The notes under the pieces: model-generated | The model's database searches: none | What the model was told of the DNA's origin: nothing | What the model saw: the letters and a program-made list of their open reading frames with translations, nothing else | Assembly (NCBI GenBank): GCA_965279515.1 | Contig: CBDIID010000003.1 | Location: forward strand, 1,408,001-1,472,000 | DNA: 64,000 bases | Reading direction: 5' to 3' | Source of the DNA: Turneriella sp. | GTDB lineage: Bacteria > Spirochaetota > Leptospiria > Turneriellales > Turneriellaceae | Shown here: piece by piece, positions 18,643 to 29,788 of the stretch | How the letters are laid out: the number at the start of each line of letters is the position of its first letter | Numbering within the stretch: the stretch's first letter is position 1 | Position numbers and translations under genes: made by a program

Positions 18643-19173
18643 ATGGCCTCTCTCATCACCCACCCCTTCGTGCCGTTCTCTATCGGCGTGGCGCTCGGCC
18701 GCAGCACCATACCCCTGCGCCTGCTTTTCCTCGGCATGATGTTCAGCATGCTGCCCGACGCCGACGTCGTCGCATTCCGGTTCGGCATTCCCTACGAACA
18801 CATGCTGGGCCACAGGGGGATATCCCACTCACTGTTATGCGCGGCAGTGCTCGCGGCCCTGGCGGCACTTATTCCGTCATTCAGAGAAATGCGCGGCCGC
18901 GTCTTTTGGTTCCTGTTTTTTGCCATGGCCTCGCACGGTGTTCTGGATGCAATGACCACGGGCGGCCGCGGCGTCGGCTTTTTTATTCCCTTCACCGGCG
19001 AACGATATTTTTTTCCGCTGCATCCGGTACGCGTCAGTCCCTTGAGCGTAAAGGGTTTCTTCACCGAGCGCGGAATCGCCATACTCTATTCTGAATTTAC
19101 CTGGGTATGGTTGCCCTGCGCCGTGGCGGCACTTGCCATCTTTACTTTCCGGAAACTTCGAGCCCGCGCTTAA
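18643..19173 (+). CDS. Membrane metal-dependent hydrolase (YdjM/YbcI family)
   Basis: MASLITH, LPDADV, GHRGISHS, SHGVLDAMT. Confidence 0.88.
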   Translation: MASLITHPFVPFSIGVALGRSTIPLRLLFLGMMFSMLPDADVVAFRFGIPYEHMLGHRGISHSLLCAAVLAALAALIPSFREMRGRVFWFLFFAMASHGVLDAMTTGGRGVGFFIPFTGERYFFPLHPVRVSPLSVKGFFTERGIAILYSEFTWVWLPCAVAALAIFTFRKLRARA

Positions 19174-20599
19174 ACGTACGCAAAGAGACGAAGGTTTTTT
19201 TGCCCGGCTTGATCTCGATATCCGGTTTTTCATTGCCATAGACGACAATACCACCTGCCTCAGCGTCTTGCACGCCCAGGCGGTAAGTTCCCGCGGGCAG
19301 CGGCACACGTATCACAGCATAACCGGCCGGCAACATATGCCAGCTCCTGAGATCGGGTTTGACCGTGGCGGCAACACCTGCACCGGCTCCGAGCCCCACG
19401 GCAAGACCACCCAAGGCCCCCAGGACACCATTTTCCTTTTTCTGAAAGGTACTGGCGATCGCCTGTGAGGCGACGGCGGCCACAACGATCTTTGTGGCAA
19501 TGGAAGCCACGTTCTTATTGATATAGGATGAATAATTGTCGTTAAAGTTCTTTTGTGAAATGATATCAAAATCCGTCAGGCGCTGCGCCTGCGGCAACGT
19601 GACATCTTCGAGCATCAGCGCCGGCGCGGGAGAATTTTCCCGCGGCTGGAATTTTGGTATCGGGTTATCGGCGGTGCCCATCATCGCGATCACGCCCGCC
19701 GTACTCAGCCCCTTGCCCCGCGAAAGGATGGCGACATCGATCGCGACGCGCAGGGCCACTGCAAACTCGCGGTCATTCATGAGATTGCCGCGGCTGGCTT
19801 TGACTGCCGCCTTGCCGGTTTCGACCAGTACAATGAGTTCGCCGGGATGCTTTTTATCGAGCGGTGTGCGTATGTTCGGGAAATCCAGAACCGGGGGCTT
19901 CGCCGCAGCATATTTGGCCATGTCACCGGCATCACGCGAACGCGCAGCCAGAAGATAACGCTCACGCGCCAGCCATTCAGGGTTCGCCCCGAAATTTTCG
20001 AGATTCTTGTACTGGACCCGCGCATCGTTGAACTGATTCAATTCTTCTGAGATCAATGCATCGAGGTAACGCGCGACGAGAATCTGCTTATAGTCGGCAT
20101 CCTCATATTTCATTTCCTTGAGATCGACTTCAAGCTTGCGCAGCATACGTTTGGCGTTCTCGAGTTCGCCCATGAGAGTGTAGTTGAGCGCCAGGTAATA
20201 TTTGATGAGGGCGCGTTCAAAATTTTCGCCCTGAAACTCGCCTTCGCGGTCGCTGAGCAGAAATGTGCCGACCGAACCTGTAATCGAAGTCTTGATCTGC
20301 TCTGCCATCTCGTCGGCGCGCGTAAAGATTTCCGTACTGGTTTTCAGGTCACCTTTGTTATGATAGACCAAACCCGCTTCCATGTAGAACAAGAGCCGGT
20401 CACGCGCCGAAGAATCCTGCGCGAGCGGGGTAATTTGGGAAACGGCGGTGTCGATGTCGCCGTTATAAAAAGCCTCTTCGGTGGCCTGAACTTTTTTTAC
20501 GTAAGAGCCGGCGCAAGAAAGGGCAAAGATGAAAACCAGTCCCCACCCCCAGCCCCTCCCCGTAAACGGGGAGGGGAGTAACAAGCTCCTCCCCCGCAT
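19142..20599 (-). CDS. COG3014-like TPR lipoprotein
   Basis: Lipobox ALSC, DRLLFYMEAG, GENFE, PDLRSWHMLP. Lies next to an LpoB-like gene. N-terminus is encoded by a palindromic element. Confidence 0.72.
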   Translation of the reverse strand: MRGRSLLLPSPFTGRGWGWGLVFIFALSCAGSYVKKVQATEEAFYNGDIDTAVSQITPLAQDSSARDRLLFYMEAGLVYHNKGDLKTSTEIFTRADEMAEQIKTSITGSVGTFLLSDREGEFQGENFERALIKYYLALNYTLMGELENAKRMLRKLEVDLKEMKYEDADYKQILVARYLDALISEELNQFNDARVQYKNLENFGANPEWLARERYLLAARSRDAGDMAKYAAAKPPVLDFPNIRTPLDKKHPGELIVLVETGKAAVKASRGNLMNDREFAVALRVAIDVAILSRGKGLSTAGVIAMMGTADNPIPKFQPRENSPAPALMLEDVTLPQAQRLTDFDIISQKNFNDNYSSYINKNVASIATKIVVAAVASQAIASTFQKKENGVLGALGGLAVGLGAGAGVAATVKPDLRSWHMLPAGYAVIRVPLPAGTYRLGVQDAEAGGIVVYGNEKPDIEIKPGKKTFVSLRTFKRGLEVSGK

Positions 20600-20621
20600 G
20601 CGGGGGAGGCTGGGAGGGGGA
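20540..20621. repeat. Inverted doublet of REP-like G/C-rich hairpins
   Basis: TCCCCACCCCCAG-CCCCTCCCCG-TAAA-CGGGGAGGGG followed by the inverted unit CCTCCCCCGCATGCGGGGGAGG-CTGGGAGGGGGA. Confidence 0.8.
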
Positions 20622-20622
20622 T

Positions 20623-21207
20623 TTACCAGCTTGTACCGCCTTTCTGGTTACGTGGCTTCTTGCGGTAGATCACACGGTCGCTGAATACCACAAGCTGCGT
20701 CTCGACCGAGCGTAGTTCGAAGTTCAGAATCTGTTCGACAATGCGGTCGCCACCGCTCTTAAAAACATTCTCGGTGATATCCGTCTGAATAAAGAAGTTA
20801 GGGCTTTTCATATTACCTGCATTGATACCGGCTTCGGTGGCGCCCGTCTGGCTGAAGGCAATTTCAGAGAGCGCCTTATTGCGGTCTTCGACGCGCACCG
20901 TATAAATCTTCGCGCCCAAAAGGTCGCCGACGATGCGGTTGTCGAACACGTTCACCGGTAGCTGGTCTGAAGTATCATTCTTTGTCGGCAAAAAGGCGAC
21001 AAAAATGCCTTTCGCCGGTTTATTCGCGGCAAAGTGCGCCGCCACCTTCTGCGCGAGATTCTGCGCGGCTTTTTCAAGCTCGCCGCGGGTCAGCTCGCCC
21101 GAATCGGCAGTCATGTCTTCATTGGCGTCGAGCCGTTTCGTCGTTGAAGCACAGCCGATCGCTAAAACGCCGGCGAAAAGGGGGATTAATATGCGGTATG
21201 GAACCAT
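20623..21207 (-). CDS. LpoB-like (PBP activator) lipoprotein
   Basis: Lipobox AIGC, KNDTSDQL, ALSEIAFSQTG, ELRSVETQLVVFSD. Start uncertain (21207 or 21240). Confidence 0.65.
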   Translation of the reverse strand: MVPYRILIPLFAGVLAIGCASTTKRLDANEDMTADSGELTRGELEKAAQNLAQKVAAHFAANKPAKGIFVAFLPTKNDTSDQLPVNVFDNRIVGDLLGAKIYTVRVEDRNKALSEIAFSQTGATEAGINAGNMKSPNFFIQTDITENVFKSGGDRIVEQILNFELRSVETQLVVFSDRVIYRKKPRNQKGGTSW

Positions 21208-21358
21208 ACACCCAAACAGCGTTGGCTTTATCCCCGGCAAGAATTAATCCAAACCGTAAGCTTAAAAACGTTAAGCGGTGCCAAAAAAATCATGGGCTGT
21301 ATATCCTGTAAGTTAGATAATCATTGCCAAACGGACTTCCCATGCAAAAATAGTAAAC

Positions 21359-22009
21359 ATGGAGTTCATTATCTCCGCTATCGATGTTGTCCTGCATCTG
21401 GAGCGCTATCTCGACGTCTGGGCAGCCAGCTATGGTGTATGGATGTACGCCATTCTTTTCATTATTATTTTTGCCGAGACCGGCCTCGTCATTACCCCCT
21501 TTCTGCCGGGTGATTCGCTGCTCTTTGCCGTTGGCGCCATAGCCGCGCGCGGCGTGCTCTCCTTACCTGTCATCCTGATTGGCCTCTCCGTTGCGGCCAT
21601 CATCGGCGATGCCCTGAATTATTCGGTCGGCCGCTTTTTGGGCGATTTTGTCACAAGGCATTTTTCGCGCATCGTCAAACCGCAGTACATCGAAAAAACC
21701 CACGAATTCTATGAAAAATATGGCACGAAGACGATTGTGCTGGCACGTTTTGTACCCATCGTGCGTACCATAGCACCCTTTGTTGCGGGTGTGGCGAAAA
21801 TGCGTTACCGCGATTTCGGCCTCTATAATATCATCGGTGGTATTTTCTGGATTCTCTCTATGACAATGGCGGGTTATGCCTTCGGTAACCTCGAGTTCAT
21901 CCGTAAGAATTTCAGCCTCGTTGTTGTGGGGATTGTTTTCCTTTCTGTATTACCCATGGTATTCGAGTATATCCGCCACCGCCGCGGAGCCAAGGCGCCT
22001 AAAGCATGA
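21359..22009 (+). CDS. dedA: DedA family membrane protein
   Basis: FAETGLVITPFLPGDSLLF and ARFVPIVRTIAPFVAG. Confidence 0.92.
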   Translation: MEFIISAIDVVLHLERYLDVWAASYGVWMYAILFIIIFAETGLVITPFLPGDSLLFAVGAIAARGVLSLPVILIGLSVAAIIGDALNYSVGRFLGDFVTRHFSRIVKPQYIEKTHEFYEKYGTKTIVLARFVPIVRTIAPFVAGVAKMRYRDFGLYNIIGGIFWILSMTMAGYAFGNLEFIRKNFSLVVVGIVFLSVLPMVFEYIRHRRGAKAPKA

Positions 22010-22653
22010 AAAAATCGCAGCAACGCCTGAAGACTCACCGTGCCCTGATGGTTGCGGCGATCAAACTCATGAGCGACGACCGCTCGTTTTCGAGCATCAG
22101 CCTCAGGGAAGTCACGCGCGAAGCCGGCGTCGTGCCTGCGACGTTCTACCGCCACTTTAACGAAATGGAAGACCTGGCCGTCGAGCTTGTCGACTACTGT
22201 TTTCGGCCGATGGAAAACCTCGTTGCCGGGGTGCGGGCCCGCCGCCTCACCGCCCGGCAGCTCGTCTATGAATCGATCGGCACGTTCATCCGCTTTGCGC
22301 GCCGTCACCGCCGCTATTTTCTTTTTCTAACGAAAGAACGCCTTGGCGGTAAATCACGCGTGCGCCACCGCATACGCGAAGGCATCAATGATATGGCGCT
22401 GATTCTCGGCCACGACCTCATTGGCCTGCCCGAATGGCAGGGCGTGCCGATCACCGTGGGGCAAGAAGTCGCACGCATGATCATGGATCAGATGATGCTG
22501 CAACTCGACCTGGTACTCGATTTACCGGCGGGCGAAAGCAAAGAAGAGATAAAACTCATAGCACAGGCGCGTAAGCGTGTGTGGATTTTACTGCGTGGGG
22601 GACTAGCCTACCAGGAACGCCGTGGTAACCGCAGGCTGGGCGGCGGCGGTTGA
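22006..22653 (+). CDS. TetR family regulator, FabR-like
   Basis: RSFSSISLREVTREAGVVPATFYRHF resembles the FabR HTH. ATGA overlap with dedA. Confidence 0.8.
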   Translation: MKKSQQRLKTHRALMVAAIKLMSDDRSFSSISLREVTREAGVVPATFYRHFNEMEDLAVELVDYCFRPMENLVAGVRARRLTARQLVYESIGTFIRFARRHRRYFLFLTKERLGGKSRVRHRIREGINDMALILGHDLIGLPEWQGVPITVGQEVARMIMDQMMLQLDLVLDLPAGESKEEIKLIAQARKRVWILLRGGLAYQERRGNRRLGGGG

Positions 22654-22698
22654 TTTCGATGCGGCGCGGTTTCGGGCCTATCAATCCGCAAAAATAAA

Positions 22699-23109
22699 TT
22701 ATTTTAAAGAGTCGGCGACGCGGGCACGCACACGGCGAAGAGAAATGTCATGCTGCTTCTTCGCATACTGTACCTGATTTTCGGTAGTGCGGTTTAAGGC
22801 TTCTTCCAGCGCTGCGCGCTCTTTCGCCGCATCGAGATTTTTGGGATCCGTCGCGCCTTCGACGAGCACAATCACCTGGTTACTCTTAATTTCTGCAAAA
22901 CCCGAATCGACGACATAGAGCTCTTCGCGTGAACCGGTTTGCACGCGCACAATGCCCGCTTCCAGTTCAGCCACGAGGTTAGCGTGGCCGCGCAGGACGG
23001 TGAAGTTGCCCTTTTTGCCCGGCAGGCCGACGGAAACCGCCGGCTCTTCAAGAAGCTTCTTCTCCGGGGAGTAGATGCTGACGGTGAGTTCTGCGCTGCC
23101 GGCTTCCAT
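22699..23109 (-). CDS. atpC: ATP synthase F1 epsilon subunit
   Basis: SPEK...LPGKKGNFTVLRGHA motif; last gene of the operon. Confidence 0.93.
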   Translation of the reverse strand: MEAGSAELTVSIYSPEKKLLEEPAVSVGLPGKKGNFTVLRGHANLVAELEAGIVRVQTGSREELYVVDSGFAEIKSNQVIVLVEGATDPKNLDAAKERAALEEALNRTTENQVQYAKKQHDISLRRVRARVADSLK

Positions 23110-23112
23110 GGT

Positions 23113-24513
<1,401 letters not shown>

Positions 24514-24519
24514 TTACCT

Positions 24520-25386
24520 TTACTGAATCGCCGCGGCGCCGCCGACAATTTCCGCGATCTCCTGTGTGATTTTTGCCTGACGAATTCGGTTATATTGCAA
24601 TGTAAGCGCCTTGATCATGTCTGTCGCAGCATCCGTCGCGCTTTTCATCGCGATGCGGCGGGCGATTTGCTCAGAGGCAATCGCGTCTATAAGCGACTGG
24701 TACACAGTCATGCAGATCGCTTTAGGTAACAGCGATTCGAGAATCGCCTGTGGGTCCGGCTCGAAAAGAAACGGCAGTGATTTATGCTCTTTCTCTTCGC
24801 TGCTGATCTCTACGGGCAGAATAGTCTCAGCAACAGGGCGCTGGTTAGATGCACTAAAATATTTGGTATAAACGATATCAATTTTATCCACAGTCTCGAG
24901 CGAAAAAGCTTCCATATAGCTCTCGGCAAATTTTTGTGCGTCGGCAAAACGCAGTTTATCGTCGACGTTGGTGAAAGACGCCGCATACGGAATCTTCTGG
25001 TAGTTAAAATACGTAATGGCCTTTTTGCCGATCAGGTGCAGAACAACTTCGACGCCCTGCTTTTTGTATGAATCAATGAGGTTCACCGCGGCGCGGATGA
25101 TGTTGGCGTTATAACCACCGCAGAGACCGCGGTTGGCTGTTACGACAACCACGAGGGCCTTACGGATGTGCGTATGGCGGCGTAGCAGAGGATGATCCGC
25201 AACTTCGCCTTGTGCTGCCAGTGAACCGATGAGTTCTTTAATTTTCTGCGCATAAGGGCGCGATGCAACAACCTTATCTACAGCCTTTTTTGCTTTCGCG
25301 GTGGAGACGAGCTCCATCGTGCGCGTGATCTTTTTGGTATTTTGTACCGAACCGATCCGGCTGCGGATTTCTTTCGATGTTGCCAT
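24520..25386 (-). CDS. atpG: ATP synthase F1 gamma subunit
   Basis: KITRTMELVS, RGLCGGYN, RQAKITQEIAEIVGGA. Confidence 0.98.
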   Translation of the reverse strand: MATSKEIRSRIGSVQNTKKITRTMELVSTAKAKKAVDKVVASRPYAQKIKELIGSLAAQGEVADHPLLRRHTHIRKALVVVVTANRGLCGGYNANIIRAAVNLIDSYKKQGVEVVLHLIGKKAITYFNYQKIPYAASFTNVDDKLRFADAQKFAESYMEAFSLETVDKIDIVYTKYFSASNQRPVAETILPVEISSEEKEHKSLPFLFEPDPQAILESLLPKAICMTVYQSLIDAIASEQIARRIAMKSATDAATDMIKALTLQYNRIRQAKITQEIAEIVGGAAAIQ

Positions 25387-25409
25387 GGCGCCGCTCTAAT
25401 CCTTTAAAA

Positions 25410-26936
25410 TTAGCGGGGGTCTCCCGAAGCGCTGCGCAGGAATGAATCGGCAAAGTCAGCGAGCACTGTATTGAGCTTCGCTTCGTCTGGTAATCCCTTC
25501 GTATCGCGGATCGTCACGTAGAACTCGTTGTGTGTTTTTTCAATGAATTCGAGGAGTTTCTCTTCGAACTCACGGATTCTCGGCACAGGGATTTTATCCA
25601 TGTAACCTTTGGTTGCTGCATAGATCGAGATCACCTGTTTTTCAACCGGCATCGGTCTGTACTGCGGCTGCTTGAGGAGTTCAACGAGGCGGAAACCACG
25701 GTCGATCTGGCGTTGTGTCGCCGGGTCAAGTTCGGTACCGAGCTGTGCAAATGCTTCGAGTTCGCGGAACTGCGCAAGGTCGAGACGCAACGTACCCGCA
25801 ACCTTTTTCATACCCTTGATCTGCGCAGCACCACCGACGCGCGATACCGAGATACCGACGTCCACGGCCGGACGTACGCCCGCGGCAAAGAGGTTCGGCT
25901 GCAAGTAGATCTGGCCGTCTGTGATCGAGATCACGTTTGTAGGAATATATGCTGAAACCTCGCCTTCCTGCGTCTCAATGACCGGAAGAGAAGTGAGCGA
26001 ACCACCGCCGTATTTATCGCTGAGTTTCGCTGCGCGCTCAAGGAGGCGTGAGTGGAGGTAAAAGACGTCGCCGGGATACGCTTCGCGGCCCGGTGGGCGG
26101 CGCAGAAGGAGTGACATCTGCCGGTAAGCATTGGCCTGTTTGGATAAGTCGTCATAGACAACGAGCGTTGCCTTGCCCTGGTTATACATGAATTCTTCAG
26201 CCATCGCAGTACCTGAGTACGGAGCGAGGTATTGCATCGGCGCCGGGTCAGAGGCGTTCGCGGCTACGACGATGGTATAATCGAGAGCGCCCTGCTCTTT
26301 CAGTTTATCGATCACGCCCGCAACAGTGGATGATTTTTGACCGATCGCCACATAGACGCAGATCACGCCCGTGCCTTTCTGGTTGATGATTGCGTCGATC
26401 GCAATCGCCGTCTTACCTGTTGAGCGGTCACCGATGATGAGCTCGCGCTGGCCGCGGCCGATCGGGATCATCGCATCGATACTTTTGATACCTGTCTGCA
26501 TCGGCTCGCCGACGGGTTGACGGCGGGCAATGCCCGGAGCGATAATTTCAATGGGACGAGTGGATTTTGTGTTGATGGGGCCTTTACCATCGAGGGGATT
26601 TCCAAGGGGGTCAACAACACGGCCAATCAGGGCATCGCCCGTCGGGACCTGGAGAATCTTACCTGTACGTTTGATCGAGAAACCTTCTTTAATCTTGAGG
26701 TAGTCACCGAGAATAACCACACCCACCGAAGTTTCTTCGAGGTTGAACGCGAGACCGGTAACACCGTTCTCGAACTCGAGCATCTCGCCCGCGAGACAGT
26801 TCGAAAGTCCATAGACCCGCGCAATACCGTCACCGACCTCCAGCACCTGACCGACTTCGTCGATCGTCAGCGTCTGTCCGTAGTTCTGGATCTCGCTCTT
26901 GAGTACTGAAACGATTTCTGCTGTGTTAATTTTCAT
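25410..26936 (-). CDS. atpA: ATP synthase F1 alpha subunit
   Basis: GDRSTGKT and [22 protein letters not shown]. Confidence 0.99.
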   Translation of the reverse strand: MKINTAEIVSVLKSEIQNYGQTLTIDEVGQVLEVGDGIARVYGLSNCLAGEMLEFENGVTGLAFNLEETSVGVVILGDYLKIKEGFSIKRTGKILQVPTGDALIGRVVDPLGNPLDGKGPINTKSTRPIEIIAPGIARRQPVGEPMQTGIKSIDAMIPIGRGQRELIIGDRSTGKTAIAIDAIINQKGTGVICVYVAIGQKSSTVAGVIDKLKEQGALDYTIVVAANASDPAPMQYLAPYSGTAMAEEFMYNQGKATLVVYDDLSKQANAYRQMSLLLRRPPGREAYPGDVFYLHSRLLERAAKLSDKYGGGSLTSLPVIETQEGEVSAYIPTNVISITDGQIYLQPNLFAAGVRPAVDVGISVSRVGGAAQIKGMKKVAGTLRLDLAQFRELEAFAQLGTELDPATQRQIDRGFRLVELLKQPQYRPMPVEKQVISIYAATKGYMDKIPVPRIREFEEKLLEFIEKTHNEFYVTIRDTKGLPDEAKLNTVLADFADSFLRSASGDPR

Positions 26937-26950
26937 ATTTCCCCGTTCTA

Positions 26951-27553
26951 TTAATCAATGAATGCTTTTGTGGCATCAATCGGATGCACCGCGGCAACGT
27001 CGTGCCAGTGGATCAGATCACGCGCCACTGTTCCGTCGTATATATAATCTGCTATGCGCACACGCACCCCGGCCAGCAGCTCGGGATTCACCTTCACGCT
27101 GACGTCGTAGTGCAGCGTCTTCGTGGCATCGAGGCCAAACGCCGCACGGTTTGTGTCGACTTTCTTTATGATCAGTTGCTTGAGCTCGTCGTCTATCCCA
27201 CCATTGGCGAGATCTTTAGCGACGGCGATATCGACGTATGTGCGGCCCAGGATGCCATCGAGTACCTTCCTGTAGGCGGCAAAGATTTCAGGAATAAACT
27301 GCATGCGCCGCTTCTCTGTCAGAATCATGCACATATTGAGCACAGGCTTCTGCACCTTACCCGAAAAAGTTGCCGTTAAGGCCTTCTTTTTCGCGGCGGT
27401 AGAGATGCTGGGCGACTGCAGAAATACACCGAACTTTACATCGCCGCGCAGTACATCGCGTACGGCATGCAATTCATCTTCAGCCGCTTTCAGGTCAAGA
27501 CCTGCGACTTCGGAAAGTGCGATTGCGTAGTTCTGTGCCGCCTTCGATGCCAT
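26951..27553 (-). CDS. atpH: ATP synthase F1 delta subunit
   Basis: AQNYAIAL and [21 protein letters not shown]; operon position. Confidence 0.9.
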   Translation of the reverse strand: MASKAAQNYAIALSEVAGLDLKAAEDELHAVRDVLRGDVKFGVFLQSPSISTAAKKKALTATFSGKVQKPVLNMCMILTEKRRMQFIPEIFAAYRKVLDGILGRTYVDIAVAKDLANGGIDDELKQLIIKKVDTNRAAFGLDATKTLHYDVSVKVNPELLAGVRVRIADYIYDGTVARDLIHWHDVAAVHPIDATKAFID

Positions 27554-27555
27554 GT

Positions 27556-28074
27556 TTACTTGCCGGCTTTGAGCTGATCAAGCTCTTTCAGGATAATGTT
27601 GCGGTGATCTTCTTTTGAAACGTCGCGGCTCAGGATTTTCGAGATGATGGCGACACTGAGGTCGACGACTTCTTTCTCGAGTTCTTTGATCGCTTTCGTC
27701 TTCGCCTGTGTGATTTCACCGACCGCGCGGTCGTGGATCTCTTCCGCTTCTTTCTTCGCGTCGGCCAAAATGCGCTGACGGATGGATTCCGCGTCTTTTT
27801 TACCTTCGTCGATTATCTGTAACGCCTGGTCTTTCGCCGCATCGAGATGCTTCTTATAATCAGACATCATCGACTCGGCCTGCTCGCGCAGCTTGCGTGA
27901 TGAATCCAGATCTTCCTGAATCTTCTCGTTACGGGCGTCGAGGCCGTTGATAATCGGCTTCCATGCAAAGAGCCAGAGGACAATCAGGACCACGATGAAG
28001 GTGACCGCGGTCCAGAATACCAGACCGGGTGAAACCTTCAGGAGATCGATGCTTGTGCCTGTCAAAAATACCAT
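27556..28074 (-). CDS. atpF: ATP synthase Fo b subunit
   Basis: N-terminal TM followed by AWKPIINGLDARNEKI and a coiled coil. Confidence 0.95.
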   Translation of the reverse strand: MVFLTGTSIDLLKVSPGLVFWTAVTFIVVLIVLWLFAWKPIINGLDARNEKIQEDLDSSRKLREQAESMMSDYKKHLDAAKDQALQIIDEGKKDAESIRQRILADAKKEAEEIHDRAVGEITQAKTKAIKELEKEVVDLSVAIISKILSRDVSKEDHRNIILKELDQLKAGK

Positions 28075-28102
28075 GTTAGCGTCTTGAACCTAAGCTCAAA
28101 AA

Positions 28103-28333
28103 TCAGACTTTGATTTTATCGAGCATCAGAAAGGCAATAACGAGTGCGAACAGAGCCGCGCCTTCGATAAGAGCCGCTGCGATGATCATCACCGTTTGAA
28201 TCTTGTTTGCCGCTTCTGGCTGACGGCTGACACCTTCAGCTGCCGCACCACCGATGCGTCCGATTCCGAGGCCTGCGCCGAATACAGCGAGTCCCGCTGC
28301 GATTCCTGCTCCGATTGCAATAATTGGTCCCAT
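28103..28333 (-). CDS. atpE: ATP synthase Fo c subunit
   Basis: GAGLGIG, RQPE loop, conserved Glu in LIEG. AAGGAG RBS. Confidence 0.97.
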   Translation of the reverse strand: MGPIIAIGAGIAAGLAVFGAGLGIGRIGGAAAEGVSRQPEAANKIQTVMIIAAALIEGAALFALVIAFLMLDKIKV

Positions 28334-28352
28334 TTTAATCTCCTTTCGTTTT

Positions 28353-29435
28353 TTAATGCCTGTGTTGTACTTGTGAAATAAAGAGTGCGGTTAAGAATGT
28401 AAAAATGTACGCCTGCAAGACCGCCACGAAGAGCTCGAGCATGTAGATAGCTACAGCACCGGCGACGCTCACGGGGGCGATCAAGTAGGATTGAAACTGG
28501 AAAATGAAGCCTAAGAGCACGAGAATGATCATATGCCCCGCTGTCATGTTTGCGAGAAGACGAATGGCGAGCGCGAACGGCTTCGTGAAAATACCGATGA
28601 GCTCGATCGGCCACATAATCGGCCACAGCGGCAGCGGAATGCCGGCAGGCACGATGTTACGGATAAACAGCACGCCCTGGTAGGCAAAACCTGAAATCAG
28701 GATAACAATGAAGGAGAAAATCGCCAGCGTCGCCGTAACGGCAATGTCGCCAGTGGCAGTGATGCCCGGCCAGATTTTTTCTGCCATCGGCAGCGCGAGC
28801 GAGTCATGACCGCCATGCGCATGCATGAGGCCTGTAGCCTGGCCAACGGTGACATAGATTTCACCGAGCGACGGAATGAGGCCTAACAGGTTAGAGATCA
28901 GAATAAAGAAAAACAATGTGAGCAGATACGGCTCATACGGATGCGCATGGTGACCGAGACTCGCATGTGCAACATCGTTACGGATAAAATTCACGAGAAC
29001 TTCGACAAAACCCGTAAAACGCGATGGCTTCTTGTAAGGATCTTTGCCGATACGGCGCGCCGCAGGAATCAGAATGAGCATCAGGAATCCGGCGCCGAGA
29101 AAAAGCATCATTACACGTTTAGTGATCGAGATATCATAACCGGCGAGCTCAAGCTTCCAGAGCGGGGCATCCGACAAGTGGTGCGCGATGGTTTCGGCAA
29201 AATTAAAGGGCGCATCACCATGTGCGGCAGGCGCAGCATCGTGACCCGCAGGAGCCGTATGAAGACCGGCCGGCGCACCATGCGCATCTGCCGGCGCAGT
29301 GATCGTTGCGCCATGCGCGGCCGCGGGCACAGCGCCCGCTTTCGCAGGCTGCGCCGGAGCGACTGGCACAGGATTCGCTGAGAACACAGAAGTGGCGATA
29401 AAAAAAGCGGAGATGATGGCGAGTTTTCGTTTCAT
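28353..29435 (-). CDS. atpB: ATP synthase Fo a subunit with signal-peptide-like Ala/Pro/His-rich N-terminal extension
   Basis: KPFALAIRLLANMTAGH and LQAYIFTFL. Start taken at MKRKLAII (29435), overlapping the upstream stop. Confidence 0.95.
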   Translation of the reverse strand: MKRKLAIISAFFIATSVFSANPVPVAPAQPAKAGAVPAAAHGATITAPADAHGAPAGLHTAPAGHDAAPAAHGDAPFNFAETIAHHLSDAPLWKLELAGYDISITKRVMMLFLGAGFLMLILIPAARRIGKDPYKKPSRFTGFVEVLVNFIRNDVAHASLGHHAHPYEPYLLTLFFFILISNLLGLIPSLGEIYVTVGQATGLMHAHGGHDSLALPMAEKIWPGITATGDIAVTATLAIFSFIVILISGFAYQGVLFIRNIVPAGIPLPLWPIMWPIELIGIFTKPFALAIRLLANMTAGHMIILVLLGFIFQFQSYLIAPVSVAGAVAIYMLELFVAVLQAYIFTFLTALFISQVQHRH

Positions 29436-29752
29436 TTTCTCAGTGCCCACAGAGCGAGAACAACATGCGCGACCCAACCAGCTGCCACACCCAGCGCAAA
29501 CGCTGAGATACCCTGTGTCCTTTCTGTCTTCGCCAGAACATACACAGCGGTACAACCGATGAGTAGCGCAATGAGCCGCAGCGAAATCGCCGCGAGAAAA
29601 ATAAACCCTTCACCCGGATTCTTTTTGAGCCCCCATCGCGCCGCGAACGCCGCAAAAGCAGACACCAAAAACCCGACTGCGAAGAGAATTGCCGGTAGCA
29701 AACTCACTGCCGCCGCCTTGTAGGCAACGGGAGGTTCTTTGTTTTGAAACAA
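29432..29752 (-). CDS. atpI: Small membrane protein, AtpI-like
   Basis: 106 aa, three hydrophobic helices, directly upstream of atpB. Call rests mostly on position. Confidence 0.55.
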   Translation of the reverse strand: MFQNKEPPVAYKAAAVSLLPAILFAVGFLVSAFAAFAARWGLKKNPGEGFIFLAAISLRLIALLIGCTAVYVLAKTERTQGISAFALGVAAGWVAHVVLALWALRK

Positions 29753-29788
29753 TGCGACAAGTAAAATGTCTCTGAAAGGTCGATTTTT

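Noticed and set aside
21267..21284. TTGGCAC on the minus strand as a sigma54 -24 box
   Set aside because: No TTGC at the -12 position.
28103..28333. Na+-coupled ATP synthase
   Set aside because: The c subunit has LIEGA and lacks the Gln...Glu-Ser/Thr sodium signature, so it is most likely H+-coupled.
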